DNA of 64,000 bases from Utricularia gibba (lineage: Eukaryota; Plantae; Magnoliophyta), in assembly GCA_002189035.1 (NCBI GenBank), contig NEEC01000008.1, positions 3,038,001 through 3,102,000 on the forward strand. The letters are read 5' to 3'. A model generated the notes under the pieces. That model was not told the DNA's origin and made no database searches. It worked only from the letters and a program-made list of their open reading frames with translations. Every line of letters begins with the position of its first letter. Position 1 is the first letter of the stretch. The position numbers were made by a program, and so were the translations under genes. Below, one piece after another: positions 12,413 to 24,188 of this stretch.

Positions 12413-14119
12413 AGTTTTCACCCCTCATCCATTTGTATGTCCCCACTACATATTCCAAAAGTGAGTATGTGAGTAGTGTATATGAATCATTTTGAAATCT
12501 ATGTATCATTCATTTATCTCACACACACATCATGTATAAAAAAATTCATACAGGGTAGTCAATTAAATGACTTATTCTCCCTCTTCTCCATCCAATACAT
12601 AAAAAAAAAATAGGGCTCCTAATATTGGGTTCATGTCATAGAAAGAGAAAGGGGTTTTCGTGCTTCTTCTACTAAGGTAAAACTCGAAGACAATAGTGTC
12701 CGTTTTTTTTTTTGGTTGTCGGAAAACTTGGGAATAGAATCTGAATAGCACGACGGCCCTTGTGTGAAGTAGTTATCGGGGAACGGAAAACGATAAAACA
12801 TTCTTTCCCTTTTTCCTCGCTTTGGTTCAGAACACCGCGGCGACCTTCTTTTCCATGAGTGTTCGGGATGTGTTCAGTGTCGTGGCTTTTGAGGATTCAA
12901 ATGCAACATCTTCGGGCTCAAGCGAAGGCTCTCGTTTCATTGCTGTTTTTTCTGCGGTGCTCGACCCTGTGATGGGTTTTGTATCAGAATACTGAGAAAA
13001 AGATGCACTTTTAGTTGTTGGAATTTGGAGAAGCAACGATTTGGAAGGAAAAACGATTTGATGAAAGTGGGGACTGGGATCTATGTGGATTTCCTGCCAA
13101 AATCTTTCAAATATATCTAAAGCCTACTGCTTGGAGTTTTGCTAGCCCTACACACCCTTTCCCATTCTTGAGGAACACATCTTTTTTATTTGTTTTTCAC
13201 TCCGAACACTGCGTTTTTTCTAGCGAATAAGAACTTGGGTTTTACTGTTTTAGCAACCGAGAAACGTTTACTTTCATACGGGCACGGCGCACATTGAATT
13301 ATTCCGATCCATCGGATCATCAATTTCAAATAAAAATTATGCTTTGAACCATAGGAAAGTATGAAACTTTCATTTTAAGTTCAATCATGAAGAGTTCTCT
13401 TTTGAATGGTGGCATAGTTACTAAATTCTATTTAAAATAGTTTCTTGTGTGGTTTGAAAATTTATTTATTTATATTAAATATAAACGATTTTTTTAAGAA
13501 CTCAAAACTTTAGAATCATTTATTAAAAAGAATAAGGTGTATAAACATATGTATTTTTTAATATATTATACCGACAAAGATTAAAAAAATTATGATTTGC
13601 GATGCGAATGTTCTCAAATCGCGGCTGCATTACCTTTTTGCAATGGAGGGGTTTGGTCAACATGGAGCAATGTGCATCGCGTGCGCTAAGCAACGCCAGA
13701 AAGAACAATGGAAGTGAATCTCTTTTGATATGGTCCTCTACATGTTGTCGTTCTTACTAAACAAGTATTCATTGGAAAATATAAACATTTGGACATGGAT
13801 TTTTCATCGTTTTTGTTGTTGTAACTTTTGAGTTTCATTTGCGTTTTTGTTGCCACAGTTAAAAAAAAAAAGGAAATTGGTGTGCTGATTTTGACAACAG
13901 GGAATTGAAGAAACAAGCTCAAATTTATGAATATACCAACCCATTCCAACAAAGATTAGTTCTTCAAAAACATCAGAACACTCAGATCTCCCCATACCTA
14001 ACATAAAGCTAGAAGCTTTTGATATCCCTGGCCTTAGAACATTAGACAAAGTAAATTGATGAACAAACAAATCTAGGTCTTTCTCTCTAGCTCCCATTTT
14101 GGACAAAGGGTTTGGTCCC

Positions 14120-15292
14120 CTACAAGGGGTTGTTTGTGGAAGAGGAGCTGAAACCAGAGAGCTCAGTCCAGCTTGGATTTGCGTTCCAATGATCTGTTCC
14201 TTGAATCCCAGTAATCATTTGCCGAGATAGATTCAGCTGAAGCCGATTTTCCTCCAGTTTTACAGATGGAATTTGAGGGTTTAGGATTGAGTGTTTAGGC
14301 CTGACCTGATCGGAAGATGCCTCCACTCCCATAAACGACGGTTCCCCACCGCAAAATCGGAACATTCCGGGGGAGGCTGTTCTAGACCTCCTAAGAATGA
14401 GAGGGGCTGCTGCAATCTCCAAGGATCAATGGTAGCATTTGAGAAAAGTGAAGCCACCTCCCCTGTGGATCCAAGTGCATTGCTCGTTCCATGGAAGTTC
14501 ATTTCGTTTGAAACGCCGACGGCCGGAGCTGTTATTCCGCTGTAATTTAACCCCATATCGCCGGAGAAGGTATCCGTGAGTTGGCTCAAAGGGGACAGGA
14601 AGCGAAGCTGGGGAAGCTGCGAGGTTAAGCTGATTACGCCGGTGGAGCCACTGTTTGTAGTGGAAGCTGTGTTTGTTGAGCTGGTGTTGGTTTGCCTCTC
14701 CGCGCTCGCCGGCGACATTGAGCTCCTTGATTTACTTCGTTTATTCCTCCTGCACCCCCCTCCGACCGGCACGTTCCTCAACGCGCCGCCTTTAGTCCAA
14801 TACCTCCTACAAGTCTTGCAGAAGTGGCGCGGCTGCAAAAGGCTGTAGTTGTTGAAATAACAAAACTTGGTGTTAGTGGATTCGCAACGAGGGCACTTCA
14901 AAGCCGCCTCCGGCGTCGGGATGTTCGCCATACGCGCCCTCTCCGCCATAGATCCCGGCCTGATAGCTCCTCCATGCGGCAAAGGCGGTGGCGGCGGCGG
15001 CGGCGGTGGCAGCAAATGATTATTACCGCCACTCCCCCCAATTATCTGATGATTCTGCTGCTGCAAAACAAGTACAAAAAAAAAAAAAATCAGCATGCAG
15101 CATATTCATGAAAAATCAACACACAAACATATGAACATGATAATGGATTCCATACAATTGTCTTCCAAGATCAGTCCTTTTTTTCCTCCCCGTGGAATTC
15201 AAGCATATTTTTTTTAAAAAAAACTCCCCAAAACTGAATACCTGGTGCCAATTCCCTGCATCAAAGTAACCAGGAATTGAAGAAAAAGCCAT
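14120..15292 (-). CDS. DOF: Dof zinc-finger transcription factor (OBP3/DOF3.6-like), about 330 aa after correcting one frameshift
   Basis: Exon 1 15292-15242 ([17 protein letters not shown]), exon 2 15060-14120. Dof domain [49 protein letters not shown]. The C-terminus SVKLEE...LNLSRQ...[12 protein letters not shown] is in a shifted frame; adding one C to the run at 14369-14373 joins them (993 nt). Confidence 0.93.
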
Positions 15293-16064
15293 AGCTGTTG
15301 ATCTTTGTTTGTTCTCTCCTTTGTAAAGTTGGAGAAGATGCTAAGTGGAGAATCACATCAGCTGGAGAATGAGCTGAACCACAAAAACACCAGCAGAGAG
15401 AGAGAGGGAGAGAGAGATAGAGCAAAAAGAAACCAGGAATAAGAAATGAGAATAAAGCAAAGGGCTTTACACCTATATATATACACACACTCAGAGTCAC
15501 AAATAAAGGGAGGTACATGTAGTAGCTAATTTTTCTTTTCGCTCTGTCTGCTGCTCAGTTTTTGTTCTGTGGCTTTTTAGGGTTTCGAGGTGTCCCCATT
15601 TTCCTAATTGCTTCGCTTTTAAGATATGTACAAACCTGTGTTCGAGCACAAGCTTCTCTAACTTGAGTCCGGCTAATATTTTCAAACCATGTTTGATGCT
15701 TATCATGTTAGGTTCTAGATGCTTTCTGATTGAAACAACAGCCTCATTTCTTGTTCATAAGATTGTAGGTTGAAGTAGATTTTCCAATTCGAAACCGCGA
15801 ATCTTCGTTGTGACGAAAACTCTATTAACACTATAGTTTTACTTGGTTATGATTGAACTATTTTAGTACTTAGGTCATTCTTGTATTCAAATTGCTACAT
15901 TTATATGGGATTGTAATGAAAAATTGTTGTTCCAAAACTCTCCATGTTTGGTAAGGATGTTTAAATATTTGAATACATGTATTTTGTAAATAACGTATGA
16001 TTTATAGATGTGTTTTTCAAAATATACATAGTTTGTAAAACACACATGAAACTCTAATATAAGT

Positions 16065-16170
16065 TAAAACATATATATAAAATCTATGTATCAAACCAAT
16101 TTCAATTTCAATTACATCATATAAATTTATCTAAATATAAATAATTCAATTTATCAACTATCCTATCAAA
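16065..16170 (+). repeat. Dispersed AT-rich repeat family B, partial copy
   Basis: atatatataaaatctatgtatcaaa...taaatttatctaaatataaataa resembles the reverse complement of about 45375-45470. Confidence 0.5.
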
Positions 16171-17579
16171 GGCAACCTCATGGTTTTCATTTACATTTTA
16201 TGGAAAAGTAACTCACATAAATTTAGAATGATTCTTTTATTTAATTATAGTTAGTAATCGATGTGAGATAATTGACTCGCTTTGGATGTAGCCGTACATT
16301 GGCTCCTTGTGGGGCTTCCCTCTTGGTGTTTTGGAGCATCGTTTTGAACACAAGAAATGCTTTATAGCTCATGCTTCAAAACCATGTAAAGATGGTGTTC
16401 TTTGGCAAGGTACACACCGCCCACTTTAGAAGTACTTCACCGGCATCATCCCGAGCGCCGTTATCCATTTACAAAGATAGACGATGCAAAACTCTGAAAC
16501 CCCACGATCAACGTTTACAACAATGAGCAACCAACTGTTAGATCTGATTCCACCACAGCAGAGAGTAGAGCACAGTACAGAGTTGTTCAAAGAAGATAGG
16601 AAAGAACCAGCTCTCACAGAACGGCTACCTCCGTCTTCAGAAACTGATTGCAGACAAGCTGTGAATTAGAATACTCCTCATAACCCCTCTCTCAATCTCC
16701 GTCGCTGCTGAACGCAGAAGAAAACTGGAATCAGTTCATCAGCTCTCCTGCAACAACCGTCTGGTTTTTATATGCTTTGAATGCACTTGCAATTTACTTT
16801 ACTTTGCAAGATGGGACTACGAATCGAGTTGGACATCAACAACCCACTTGGTGGTTGGTGTCCGGATTTTGCCGTTGGGGCATGAGGATTTGTACTAGAA
16901 TTCCGAGCATGAATTGTAAGAGTTCAAATAATGGAGGCTCCTTCTGTGGGTGCATTGGGAACAGTAAGAATTGTTTGGCAGATGATCGGCTCCTCTTGTG
17001 TTTTTAGCAGTTGAGTGAGTGAGTGATGGGGCGTCCTTGAGATTGGGAAAAGATGGTGGACTCGTCAGCATGACCTACTGCAAAATGCAGACTCTTGTCT
17101 CTGTGAGCTACCAAATTTTAAGAAAGGATCCCATCAAACACTCACTTCCAAGCGACGCAACAATTTTTGTATGTCTTATGACACCTGCATCGAACATCTT
17201 TGACCATTGTGTTCCATCACCAACACCCATTCCGGTCACTAATTCCGACCACTATTTCCTTTTGTGTCGAACACTGTCTTTTGTTCAAAAGAGGACCACA
17301 TCCTCGATTTCTTGTCTCCTAGGCTGATTTAAGGGTGTCTGTTGCGTTTATTTTCTGACATTCTACTTAGGTTGTCTGTCGGACGCCCCTGGTGGTCGAA
17401 CCCTGTAATGCAGGTGACTGAAACACACAGCGCAGAAGTGATTACACCCTTGAGAAGATATAAAGCTCCACAAATTGCGATCTTAGAATGAATACAAGGT
17501 CTCGGATTATGTAATATGGAAAACACGCTTTTGGCGAACATAACGACGAATAGGACTCGACAGTGTAATGGAGCTCACC

Positions 17580-19504
17580 TCAGAGGAAGCCTCCGCCAGT
17601 CCAATGAGAATTTGGGTTTGGTCCCTTCTCTTTGGAATCTGGTATGTTGTTAAAGGAATCATCTTTGCCATCGTCCCAACCAGCCCATCCTTCGTCCATG
17701 AGGGATCCAGTTCTCTTGGAGGGTTCTTGTTTCTTAGGGGTGTCTTTGGTATCCCAAGCGTCCCAGGAAGCGGAGTTGAAGGAGTTGGAGTGATTGTTTG
17801 ATCCGGTGGAATTCTCATATCCCCTGCTTTCTTTACGGAAATCCCCAACATGGCCATTGGTTTCGGTTTCATTCCGAGTCCAGGGATCGTTCTTCCATCC
17901 AGAGCTGCTTTCTCTTGTGTATTCTTCAACTTTCTGGGAAGCCATGGCCATTACACCTCTCATCAGGCCCCATGTTTTCTGTCCAATCTCCGTGGTTTTG
18001 GCAGCTACTACATTCACAGTTTCATTGACCTTAGAATCATAGCCCCCATCGATTACCTAGAAATGAGAGAGGTAAAAAAAAACATCCTTGGGAAAAGAAA
18101 AAGATCTTACATGCTCATTAAAGAGAAATAGATTCATATATGCGCTAATACATTCAACCAAAAATAGGACAAGGATATCCTCAGTATACGAGAAAAGTGA
18201 TCACTTAGATTAATCACAACAATAACACTGCAATAGTAACAAGGTATCATCTCTATGTAGGAACACCCCACTTAATCACACTACAAAATCAGCCATCGTT
18301 CAGTTCTCCTGAAACTTTTATGTACCATGGAGAAAACCTGCAAATAAAGTTTCCTTGCAAGGGAGAAGCGCATACGTGCAAGGAGTAGACATATACGATT
18401 GAACAGCATCATTTCCCGAAAATAACATCATACCATCATTCAATAAACAAAATTCGATTTCAATGCCTGGCAAGTGAATGCTACTGTTGCATACAAACTA
18501 TGAGCTCAAAGAGTACATGATATAGGAACAACCTTTGCCGACAACTCTTTCGTCCCAGCTTGAACAACATTTGCCGCTGATTGCGCGGCTGATGCAGCTA
18601 CAATTGACAGTTTTCCAAATCCCTGAGAATGGGAATCAACCAGATGAAAGACCCATGTAAAGGCATAATTTTCCATTGATAATGTTGAAAAATACCTGTG
18701 AAAAAACCGAGTAAACATCTCCTTCAGAGTTCTTGTTCCTCGGAGCAGGTGATGGAGTAGAACCAAAACCAACATACTTCCCACCCTGAGAAGGAGGAAG
18801 CCCCTCAGGTCTAGATTCGTTCTCAGCCATCTTTCTTGCAAAAAAGCTTTCTTTGTTGGCAGCGGAAGCCTCCAATTGAGCCCGCGAATGAATATCTTGT
18901 GTAGATTTTGACCGCGATGGCAAAGGGCCGGTGTGGTTGGAGCTCTGAAAATTGCCCACCGTATTGTTCCTTCGAACATTACTGGAGTGATTTCCCGAAT
19001 ACCCACCATCATCAAAATTATCCCAACTATCCCACTTTGAATCACCCCCCGAATCATGATTACCTTTCGGTGGAGGCCTATTGCCGTAACTATCCCAGAA
19101 TTGCCATTCGATTTCACCGTCTCCTTCACGACAGGAGGATCACGCCAAGGTTTGTCCTCTGCAAGCGCCTGGATGCGATCGCGATAGACAGAAGCAGCGT
19201 TGGTATTATATTTCAAAACGATCTCAGTTTCTTTGGGGATCCCGTACTGAGCCATAAAACTATTGAACCTCTCATTTCCTCCCAACTCCATCTTCCGCAA
19301 CTGGATCTCCGACCACGAATCCATGGTCACCGATCGGACAAAAGAAATATGAACACCGAGTCCGCGGTGCTTACCGGAGCACTCCAGGCACATGAAAACT
19401 CCATACGAAACGGATGCCCATTGTGGGTTCTTTTGAGAACAATCGACGCAGGTCTTGTTTCCTGGCTGCGATTGCAGATCCCGGAGTCGACGCGAAGCCG
19501 CCAT
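17580..19504 (-). CDS. AGD7: ADP-ribosylation factor GTPase-activating protein AGD6/AGD7 type, about 458 aa after correcting one frameshift
   Basis: Exons 19504-18696, 18622-18533, 18056-17580. ArfGAP zinc finger [40 protein letters not shown]; [29 protein letters not shown]; C-terminal WTGGGFL. One extra G at 19094-19096 restores the frame (1377 nt). Confidence 0.95.
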
Positions 19505-20417
19505 ATCGGGATGCGAGGAGGAGGATCTGTTTGCCTTGGATTCGTACCAGATCGGCTCGGATCTGGAGCGGCGGTCGGAAACCTTCTCAGATCAAAAACG
19601 CGGAATGGCCGCAGATATCCAAGATCAGAAAGAGAGAGGGCGCAACAGCGAGAGTCGCCACCGTCAAATTGGCTTCCTCCACGATATTTACTTTATTTTC
19701 CGTCCCTAAATAGGCCTAGGCCCATTATACTTGGGCTGATTTTATACGCATATGATGGCCCAATAAGTTATATTGATTTCCAAAATTATAGCCAGGGTTT
19801 ACGAAACTATATAACTTAACACACATTTAGGCAGTGATTTAAAATTTCAAGTTTTGATAATATGGTTTAAGATAAAATTTATTTTATGATTTTAGATTTA
19901 GAATTTATTTAGTAGATAGATTTAAATGTGTTATATTTTGAAATATGATTTTAAATGTTGATTATTTATTTAAATAAATATACGATTTAATATAAAAGAT
20001 ATAATTATATTAGTTTTCAAGAAAATTGTATATATATTTTTAATCTATCTTAAAACGATTTTCAATTCAACTATTGATTTAATTAAAAATTATCATTAAA
20101 TTAGCTCTAAAACACTACCCATTAGTCTACTAATTCCGATTTGGGGTTTGTTCTCGTTCAATGGTGTTTGTTGTAAACCATCTTATTGGCTAAATTATCG
20201 GATAAATTAGAAATTTGGTTATCAAATATTGTGTTAAAAAAAAATTATTCTATATTTTTTTTATTAAATATATAAGAGATAATATGAGAATGGTCAAATG
20301 GCCCATCAATTATTAGATAGTTAATCACTAACCACGTGATTAGTGATAAGACTCAACGTTAAACCCACACAAGATGGAACCAACAGACACACACAACCTG
20401 AGCAGTATAGCGTTTCC

Positions 20418-20653
20418 TCAAGAGGACGCCGCCTGCATCTTCAGGGTCGGCGGCACCTCGTCGTCGGAATCTTGAGGAGATGGCAACCTTTCCTTCACCC
20501 GCTCTGGCAGTGGTGGGGCAGGGGCGCCGGACCCACTAGAATCCCCGCCGACGGCAGCGGGGTCTCCTCGCGAAACGGATGGGACAAATCTTCCGGCGGT
20601 ATCAGAATACTCCACGAAGGCTGCCGCTGGTGACGTCCTTTCCGGTGAGACAT
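20418..20653 (-). CDS. Small uncharacterised plant protein (MSHRKGRHQRQPSWSI...), 52 aa as sequenced, 78 aa with one added base
   Basis: ATG at 20653 in an A-rich context (AAGAAAATG) with TATAAA about 40 nt upstream; GC-rich ORF. The stop at 20495 is bypassed by adding one C in the runs at 20515-20518 or 20521-20524, giving ...PPAPPLPERVKERLPSPQDSDDEVPPTLKMQAASS. Confidence 0.55.
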
Positions 20654-21818
20654 TTTCTTTGGCGCGTCTGCGCAAGATGCTGGTTGGGTGTTTATAGGCA
20701 AGTTTCGAGAGCCGGCAGCTAAGGCAGCAAAAAAAAAAACAAAAGTTTTAAAACAGCGATCAATTTAAGGGGATGAAGCTGTCCCGGCGACGAGATCTAG
20801 AGAAGGGAAATGGTACCCAATATTCTACGTAGTGAAAATCACCCATCAGTGTTGAGCAATTTAATGCACGTCGATTCCCGAAAGGGCAACTGTTTCTAAA
20901 AGGGGAAGCCCTCCAACACCTCGCATCTACTGGGGGATCGTCAAGTTCTTTCGTTTGAAAGCTACAATGAAAAATTGCATCCCACATCGATAATGCATCC
21001 AAAATGTAATACCAATATACATAATCTAGGTGAAACTTTATAGAATACAAAAATTTAAAAACATGAATTTGAGTCGTTAATTTTGAATATTGCATTTCAC
21101 CAAAATTGTGTTTCAATAATAATTTAATCACGATTTGATATTTTTTCATAAAAATATATAGAAAGTGTTTTTTTTTTTAAAAAAACGATCGTTTAAAATA
21201 TGATTTAAATCATATTTAAAACGTTAAAACTGCAATGATTGATTCATGACCCAATGAGTCCATTTTGTAATTTTGCCTAATCCTCCATGTCATGGGCCTT
21301 GTTCACATGTATAACCCCACCAAATAAGAGGCCCACATCAAATGCATCTGTGTTACAAGAATTTAAAATGTGACCATTGTATTTTGTAATGTGGTTGGTG
21401 TGAATAAGAGGACACTTCTATTGGACATAGTGAACAAAAAAAAACCCATTATGCTGTTGGCTCATAAACTCAATCTCATTTAACCATGATCTTGGGAGAA
21501 GATAGGAGGATTATGAATATTGTGTTGATTTAGATGATCAAATGATTGATTGGTATTCTGTTTTATTGATTGTTTTAGGATTTGAAGAATTTGATGACGA
21601 GTATAGAGTAATTTTAAATTAATCAAAGACTTGATAGTGTGTTAGTGAAAAAAATTTCATGAATCCTCCAAAGGGCCAAAGAACCAACAATAGTGTGCAA
21701 AATGGATTCTAACAAAGTTTTTATTGAAGACAAGAATCAAAATGTGTTTCTTTGAATCACACCTCAGCACCCTAGAAGTGTTGCAATGCCCACCTTTGAT
21801 TGGTCCAAGCTCAAACCA

Positions 21819-21874
21819 CGCGGATCGTAGATACGCGTCTCGCGAGCCGTGGATTTCACCACAATCCAACGGTT
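21819..21874 (+). promoter_or_regulatory. Histone-gene octamer and MSA-like cell-cycle elements
   Basis: CGCGGATC (plant histone octamer) at 21819-21826 and TCCAACGGTT (matches MSA consensus YCYAACGGYY) at 21865-21874, about 130-190 bp upstream of the H2A ATG. Confidence 0.7.
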
Positions 21875-22006
21875 GAGAGTTTTCACCCCCTTCCCGGCTC
21901 CTCCCCAGGACCCCTCTAATAAACTCCTTTGCTGATCTGCTTAAGCAAAAAATTTCTACTGCAATTTCTGTTCCATCTGCATCCCCAATTCCCCGCACAC
22001 AACGAA

Positions 22007-22676
22007 ATGGAATCCACCACGAAACACAAGAAGGGAGCCGCCGGACGTAGAGGGGGGGGCCCCAAGAAGAAGCCTGTTTCCCGGTCGGTTAAAGCTGGGC
22101 TCCAGTTCCCAGTCGGCAGAATTGGGCGTTACCTCAAAAAGGGCCGTTACTCGCAGAGAGTGGGCACCGGTGCGCCCGTGTACATGGCAGCGGTTCTCGA
22201 GTACCTCGCAGCTGAGGTATGCTTCCGTTTTGGGTTTCTTCCGTAGCTGTTGGCGAATGATTTATGGGATACAGTTACCAGTTGATCTGAATCGATTCTT
22301 GAACTTAGGAACTAGGTCTATTAACCTAAGTTTATGAGCAGAATAGAACCCTAAATCGCTCATAGAAAAATGGAGGTTTCGTTGAATTTATGGTAGCCGA
22401 TGCTGATTGGGTGCAGTATATGATCAGGTTCTCGAGCTAGCCGGAAACGCTGCTAGGGATAACAAGAAGAACAGGATAATCCCCAGGCATGTTCTACTAG
22501 CAGTCCGCAACGATGAGGAGCTGGGCAAGCTGCTGGCCGGAGTCACAATTGCGCATGGTGGCGTCCTTCCCAATATCAACCCGGTACTGCTGCCAAAGAA
22601 GTCCGATACGGCGGAGAAGGCACCGGCGAAATCGTCGACAAAAGCCACCAAGTCTCCTAAGAAAGCAGGGGCTTGA
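22007..22676 (+). CDS. H2A.W: Histone H2A, H2A.W variant, 152 aa
   Basis: Exons 22007-22216 and 22428-22676. Core [20 protein letters not shown]...[10 protein letters not shown]|[14 protein letters not shown]; extended C-tail ending KSPKKAGA (SPKK motif diagnostic of H2A.W). Confidence 0.95.
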
Positions 22677-22919
22677 ACATGGGGTCGGCGTGCCGGAAGT
22701 TCTTTCTATGTTCATGTTTGTTTGTGGATGAAAGCTGTTGTATGGCGCTGATGTTTCCGTTCTAGAAAACTAATTGTTATTTGAATGTAATGGAAAACAA
22801 GGGGCATTGTTTTCCATTCCAACGGAAGCAGAAATCAGCACACCAGCCCAGAGGAGGTTCAAGGCTTGCTCCTACTGCTGTCACGGTTTCGCATAAAAAA
22901 TCGGCGAAGCATCCGCTTC

Positions 22920-23641
22920 ACTGCATGAATCTATCAGCTTCTTCAATCATCGCGTTCTCCGTGCTCCCCATTTTCGTATTTGCACTCGGATTTTCCCAGA
23001 AACTGCCGCAAATATAATCCGGCGACTCATTAAGGAGCAGTTCGGCGGGGGAGGCTGGGGGTGATTGGATCGGAGATGGAGAAGCGATTGCAAGAGCAGC
23101 TGGAGGAAGCGCAAGTGGGAGTGAAGGGCTGGAGTGACTGTACGTAAAGAACTCGATAAATCTGCACGTATACAGATTACAGATCTCTGTTACTGCATTT
23201 GCTAATATAACTTGCAAGAGCAATCAAGCTTAACTCTGTACCTGCATTAGGCCATTTCTCTTGTCAAGTTCATGTTTCACCCTGCTTATCTCAACCACCT
23301 GGAGGATGGATCATTTGATAAATGATTCCTTCAATTGCTGCTCCAAAATTCATCCGTGAAAATGTGCAACTTTAGAATGTTGGAAAAACTTTATCTACTC
23401 GGCCATTTAAAGATTTCTGGCACACAACCACCTGCCTTTAGAGTGACAAAATTTAAAACTCCAAACACAAAGTGCATTCATGATTCGAACAGGAACACGG
23501 TCGATGACGTGCATACCTATCTCCAGATCATACCAAGGATGAGCTGAGCAGCAACAGGGAGTTCTCCTTCATTGAGAGACGTATCTGATGAGTTTCTCAC
23601 CGTAGCTGATGCATCTTGTCCCTCATTGTTGGAGCCACCAT
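22920..23641 (-). pseudogene. PPa: Decayed soluble inorganic pyrophosphatase (family I PPa)
   Basis: Exon remnants with intact splice sites: 23641-23517 (MVAP..., SLNE, SAHPWYDLEIG spread over different frames), 23298-23242 (VVEISRVKHELDKRNGLMQ), and from 23161 (IYRVLY...). These correspond to plant PPa RLNER...AAHPWHDLEIG / VVEITKGSKVKYELDKKTGLIK / VDRILY. No downstream catalytic region is recognisable; 3' boundary approximate. Confidence 0.8.
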
Positions 23642-24188
23642 CTATCTGCAACTGATATTCAACAAAACAAGAAAACATAAAAAAAGAAACACACATCTCA
23701 CTACAGATTGAATTCCACAATAAAATCCCACTCGTCAGCATTCAAAAAAACGCACGTCCAAAAACACACGAGCATCCATGATTTAACCCCACAAACCAAC
23801 GATTCAAAGGTTCCACATCAAATTCATAGAGAAAAACAAAGAACCATTACTGAAACTGCAAATCAGAGGTGATCGCAAAATGAAACCCCTCCTTTTCCCC
23901 TTTCCGAATGAGCAAACGCACGCACCGAATCCCGCCCTGCTGGTGCGCGCGCAGCCCTGGCATTTCAAAACCCTGGTAGAATAATTAATATATTGGTTTT
24001 TCTCTTATCTGTGTATATATATTTCTCGTTGAGTCTGCCATGGATATTCGAAACGAGATGCTAGTGGTTTATTGTATGAGTGGATGACTACGAATGCATG
24101 AAGCGTCCTATACAGAGTATTTGTCCCCGGAGGTTTCATGGTTCTAGGATCAAAACCTTAACATTGTACCATCGTTGTAGGAACAAAT

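Noticed and set aside
18908-19819. 303-aa plus-strand ORF
   Set aside because: Antisense shadow of the AGD7 first exon; no recognisable motif.
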